From contig CAWGMA010000004.1 in NCBI GenBank assembly GCA_963823555.1, forward strand, positions 544,001 through 608,000: DNA of 64,000 bases, read 5' to 3'. The notes beneath the pieces were generated by a model. It worked only from the letters and a program-made list of their open reading frames with translations. It had not been told where the DNA came from and ran no database searches. The translations under genes were made by a program, and so were the position numbers. Source of the DNA: Candidatus Eiseniibacteriota bacterium. Its GTDB lineage: Bacteria > Eisenbacteria > RBG-16-71-46 > CAVPCR01. Position 1 is the first letter of the stretch, and the number at the start of each line of letters is the position of its first letter. Positions 61,787 to 64,000 of the stretch are shown here, piece by piece.

Positions 61787-63866
61787 ATGAGGACGCTTGC
61801 TCTCGCCGGTACGCTGCTCGCTCTGATCGGGCTTGCGAGCCTGGTCACCGCCGAACCCAGGATGGTGCTCATCGAAGAATTCACGAACACATCTTGACCG
61901 TCCTGCCCTGCAGCCAGCCGTGTGCTGGACCAGATCATGTCGCGTCATCCCGAGATGCTCGCCACCATCGCCATTCACGGCTGGTGGCCCGGGTCGGGCG
62001 ATCCCTTCTACGTCGCCAACATCGATGAGAACCGCGCCCGGATCACCTACTACGGCGTCAACTACACGCCGCACACTTACTTCGACGGCATCATCGACGG
62101 CACCTACGCCGGCCCCTGGGAGCAGATGATCCTCGACCGGGCGGCCATTCCGAGCCCGCTCCGCATCGAGCTCTCCGGCGATCCGGTCGCCCACACCATC
62201 ACCGCCGAGGTCACGAACACGAGCGGCGCCGCGGTGACGGGGACGCTCCACTTCGTCATCACCGAGAGCGATGTCAACCCGCCGGCCGGTTCGACCTATC
62301 GCTTGCCGCAGAAGCTCAATCATGGCATGCGTGACTTCTTCCCCGATGTCACGGGTGAAGTCATCACGTTCTCGCCTGGCGTGCCGGTCTCGCGCACGCA
62401 GACCTTCACCCTCGGCCCCTGGCTCGAACCGAATCTCGAGTGCGTGGTCTTCGTGCAGAACGACACCTCGAAGGAGGTCTACCAGGCGGCGAAGATCGCC
62501 TTCCTGCTCAATCAGCCCGAGCTGGTCGTGACCGGCATCCAGGTCGATGACACGGTGGGGGGCAACGGGGACGGTCGGCTCGACCCCGGCGAGAACGCGG
62601 ATGTCTCGCTCACGCTCATGAACCTGAACCCGATCGATGCGACGACGGTCCTCGGGGCGCTCTCGACGAGCGACAACTACGTCACGGTCACCGACGACAC
62701 GGGCAGCTGGCCCGATATCCCGGGCCTGGGTTCCGGCAACAACAGCGGGGATCCCTTCGCGGTGAGCATTGCCGCGGGAGCACCCTGGGGTTACGAGCTC
62801 CCGTTCAATCTCGATCTCCTGGCGAACGGGGGCTACGTGAAGCAGCTGACCCTGACCCTCGGCATCGGCTCGCCCGATGACCCGATCGGGGCAGACAGCT
62901 ACGGTTACTTCGCCTACGAGGATGCCGATGATCCAGGAGTCGTCCCGCGCCCGGTCTACAACTGGGTGGAGATCGATCCCAATCTCGGTGCGGCCGGGGA
63001 CCCTGGTCACGCTGGCCGACGATCAGACCGTGCAGCGGACGATGTCGTTCAACTTCAAGCTGTACGGCAACGTCGACAACCGGATCTCGATCTCCTCGAA
63101 CGGCTTCCTGGCGCTGGGCGTGACCTCGGAGAACGCGGTCTCGAACGGCGCGATCCCCGGACCCGAGGGACCGCCGAAGATGATCGCCGGCTTCTGGACC
63201 GACCTGAACCCGGTGGCTGCCGGTGGCGGCAAGGTCTATGCGTGGGACGATGCCGCGGGTGGTCGCTACATCGTCGAGTTCAGCGGTGTCGAGCACTACC
63301 ACGACACCGGGCAAGGATTGCCGGAGACCTTCCAGTTCATTCTCTACAATCCGGACATGCATCCGACCCAGTCGGGCGATGGGCAGATCGACATCCAGTA
63401 CATGCTGGTGAGCGATGCCTCGGGGTGCACGGTCGGGATCGAGAACGAGACCGAGACGGTCGGCATCCAGTACCTGGCCAACGGCGACGTGAACGCGGCG
63501 GCCTTCGGCCTCGAAGCCGGGCGCGCGATCAGGTTCACCACCACGGGCCCGAATGGCACGGCGAGTGTCGAGGATCCGCTGGCGGCTCCGGGCCTGACGC
63601 GGGTCTCCGTGCGGCCGAACCCGTTCCGCGGCGCCACGGCGATCAACTACACCATTCCCCACGAGAGCGCGGTGACGCTCCGGCTCTACGGTGCGGATGG
63701 GCGGCTCCTGCGGACGTTGATCGATGGCCCTCTGGCCGCCGGTCCGGGAACCGTGAGCTGGGATGGACGGGATGGACGGGGGAACGATGTTCCCGCTGGC
63801 ATCTACTTCTATCGCCTCTCCGGTGAGGAGTTCGAGGTCGCGGGCAAGCTGACGCGGCTGCGGTAA
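61787..63866 (+). CDS. Secreted Omp28/thioredoxin-like protein with in-frame TGA (candidate Sec37, UxxC) and C-terminal FlgD-Ig/T9SS-like domain; one +1 frameshift near 62990
   Basis: Strong RBS and signal peptide, then VLIEEFTNTS-TGA(61895-61897)-PSCP, continuing in frame into ORF 61922 (IHGWWPGSGDPFY, YYGVNYTP, HGMRDFFP). ORF 62877-63866 supplies the C-terminus (PNPF...WDGRDGRGNDVPAGIYFYRL). About 692 aa when reconstructed. Confidence 0.8.
61898..61930 (+). promoter_or_regulatory. Candidate bacterial SECIS hairpin
   Basis: CCAGC (61914-61918) pairs with GCTGG (61924-61928). The loop CGTGT has G in position 2 and begins 21 nt after the UGA. Confidence 0.5.
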
Positions 63867-63901
63867 CACCGCTCAGGGCGGCACCTGAGCGACCTGCCAA
63901 G

Positions 63902-63941
63902 AGCGAGGCCCTCTCCGTTGCGGACCGGGGAGGGCCTCGCT
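63902..63941 (+). terminator. Strong hairpin downstream of the Omp28-like gene
   Basis: AGCGAGGCCCTCTCCG pairs with CGGGGAGGGCCTCGCT (16 bp, one G-U); no U-tract. Confidence 0.6.
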
Positions 63942-64000
63942 GCGTCCGGGGAGCATCGTGCGAAACGCCCGGCCGGCTCGCACGAAGCATGAGCCGATGG

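Noticed and set aside
61895..61897. Genome-wide TGA reassignment (Trp or Gly) as the explanation of the in-frame TGA
   Set aside because: TGA ends intact genes here at expected positions (tricorn 18918-18920, gnd 36738-36740, several ATGA overlaps), and no other intact gene shows an internal TGA.
60281..61897. 538-aa ORF as a real gene
   Set aside because: It strings together frameshifted pieces of the discoidin-domain gene, intergenic DNA and the first 36 codons of the Omp28-like gene.
62985..63005. Programmed frameshift in the Omp28-like gene
   Set aside because: No slippery heptamer is present. Removing one base gives a sensible LGxPGTLV junction, matching the insertion-type errors nearby.

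Overview
High-GC bacterial window with about 50 genes. No rRNA, tRNA, CRISPR array or mobile element was recognised. Secreted proteins with C-terminal FlgD-Ig/T9SS-like sorting domains suggest an FCB-related lineage such as Ca. Eisenbacteria (inference only). Content includes a partial usher-like gene, S9/S41/M28 peptidases, ATL and Ada alkylation repair, a Tat-exported SOD, PPK2, a two-component pair and surface-glycan genes. It also holds nifJ plus a DHOD-like gene and pgi, a namZ-murU-amgK recycling operon, gnd-pgl, tandem beta-barrel paralogs, pdxR-pdxS-pdxT, a double-length UvrA with an Rrf2 regulator, and an indel-riddled glycan-utilisation operon. The top finding is the last gene (61787-63866), a signal-peptide-bearing Omp28/thioredoxin-like surface protein. 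Its first CxxC cysteine codon is an in-frame TGA (EEFTNTS-U-PSC) followed by a SECIS-like hairpin, making it a candidate secreted selenoprotein that ordinary gene callers would split. Family assignments come from motif recognition by eye, not from database searches.
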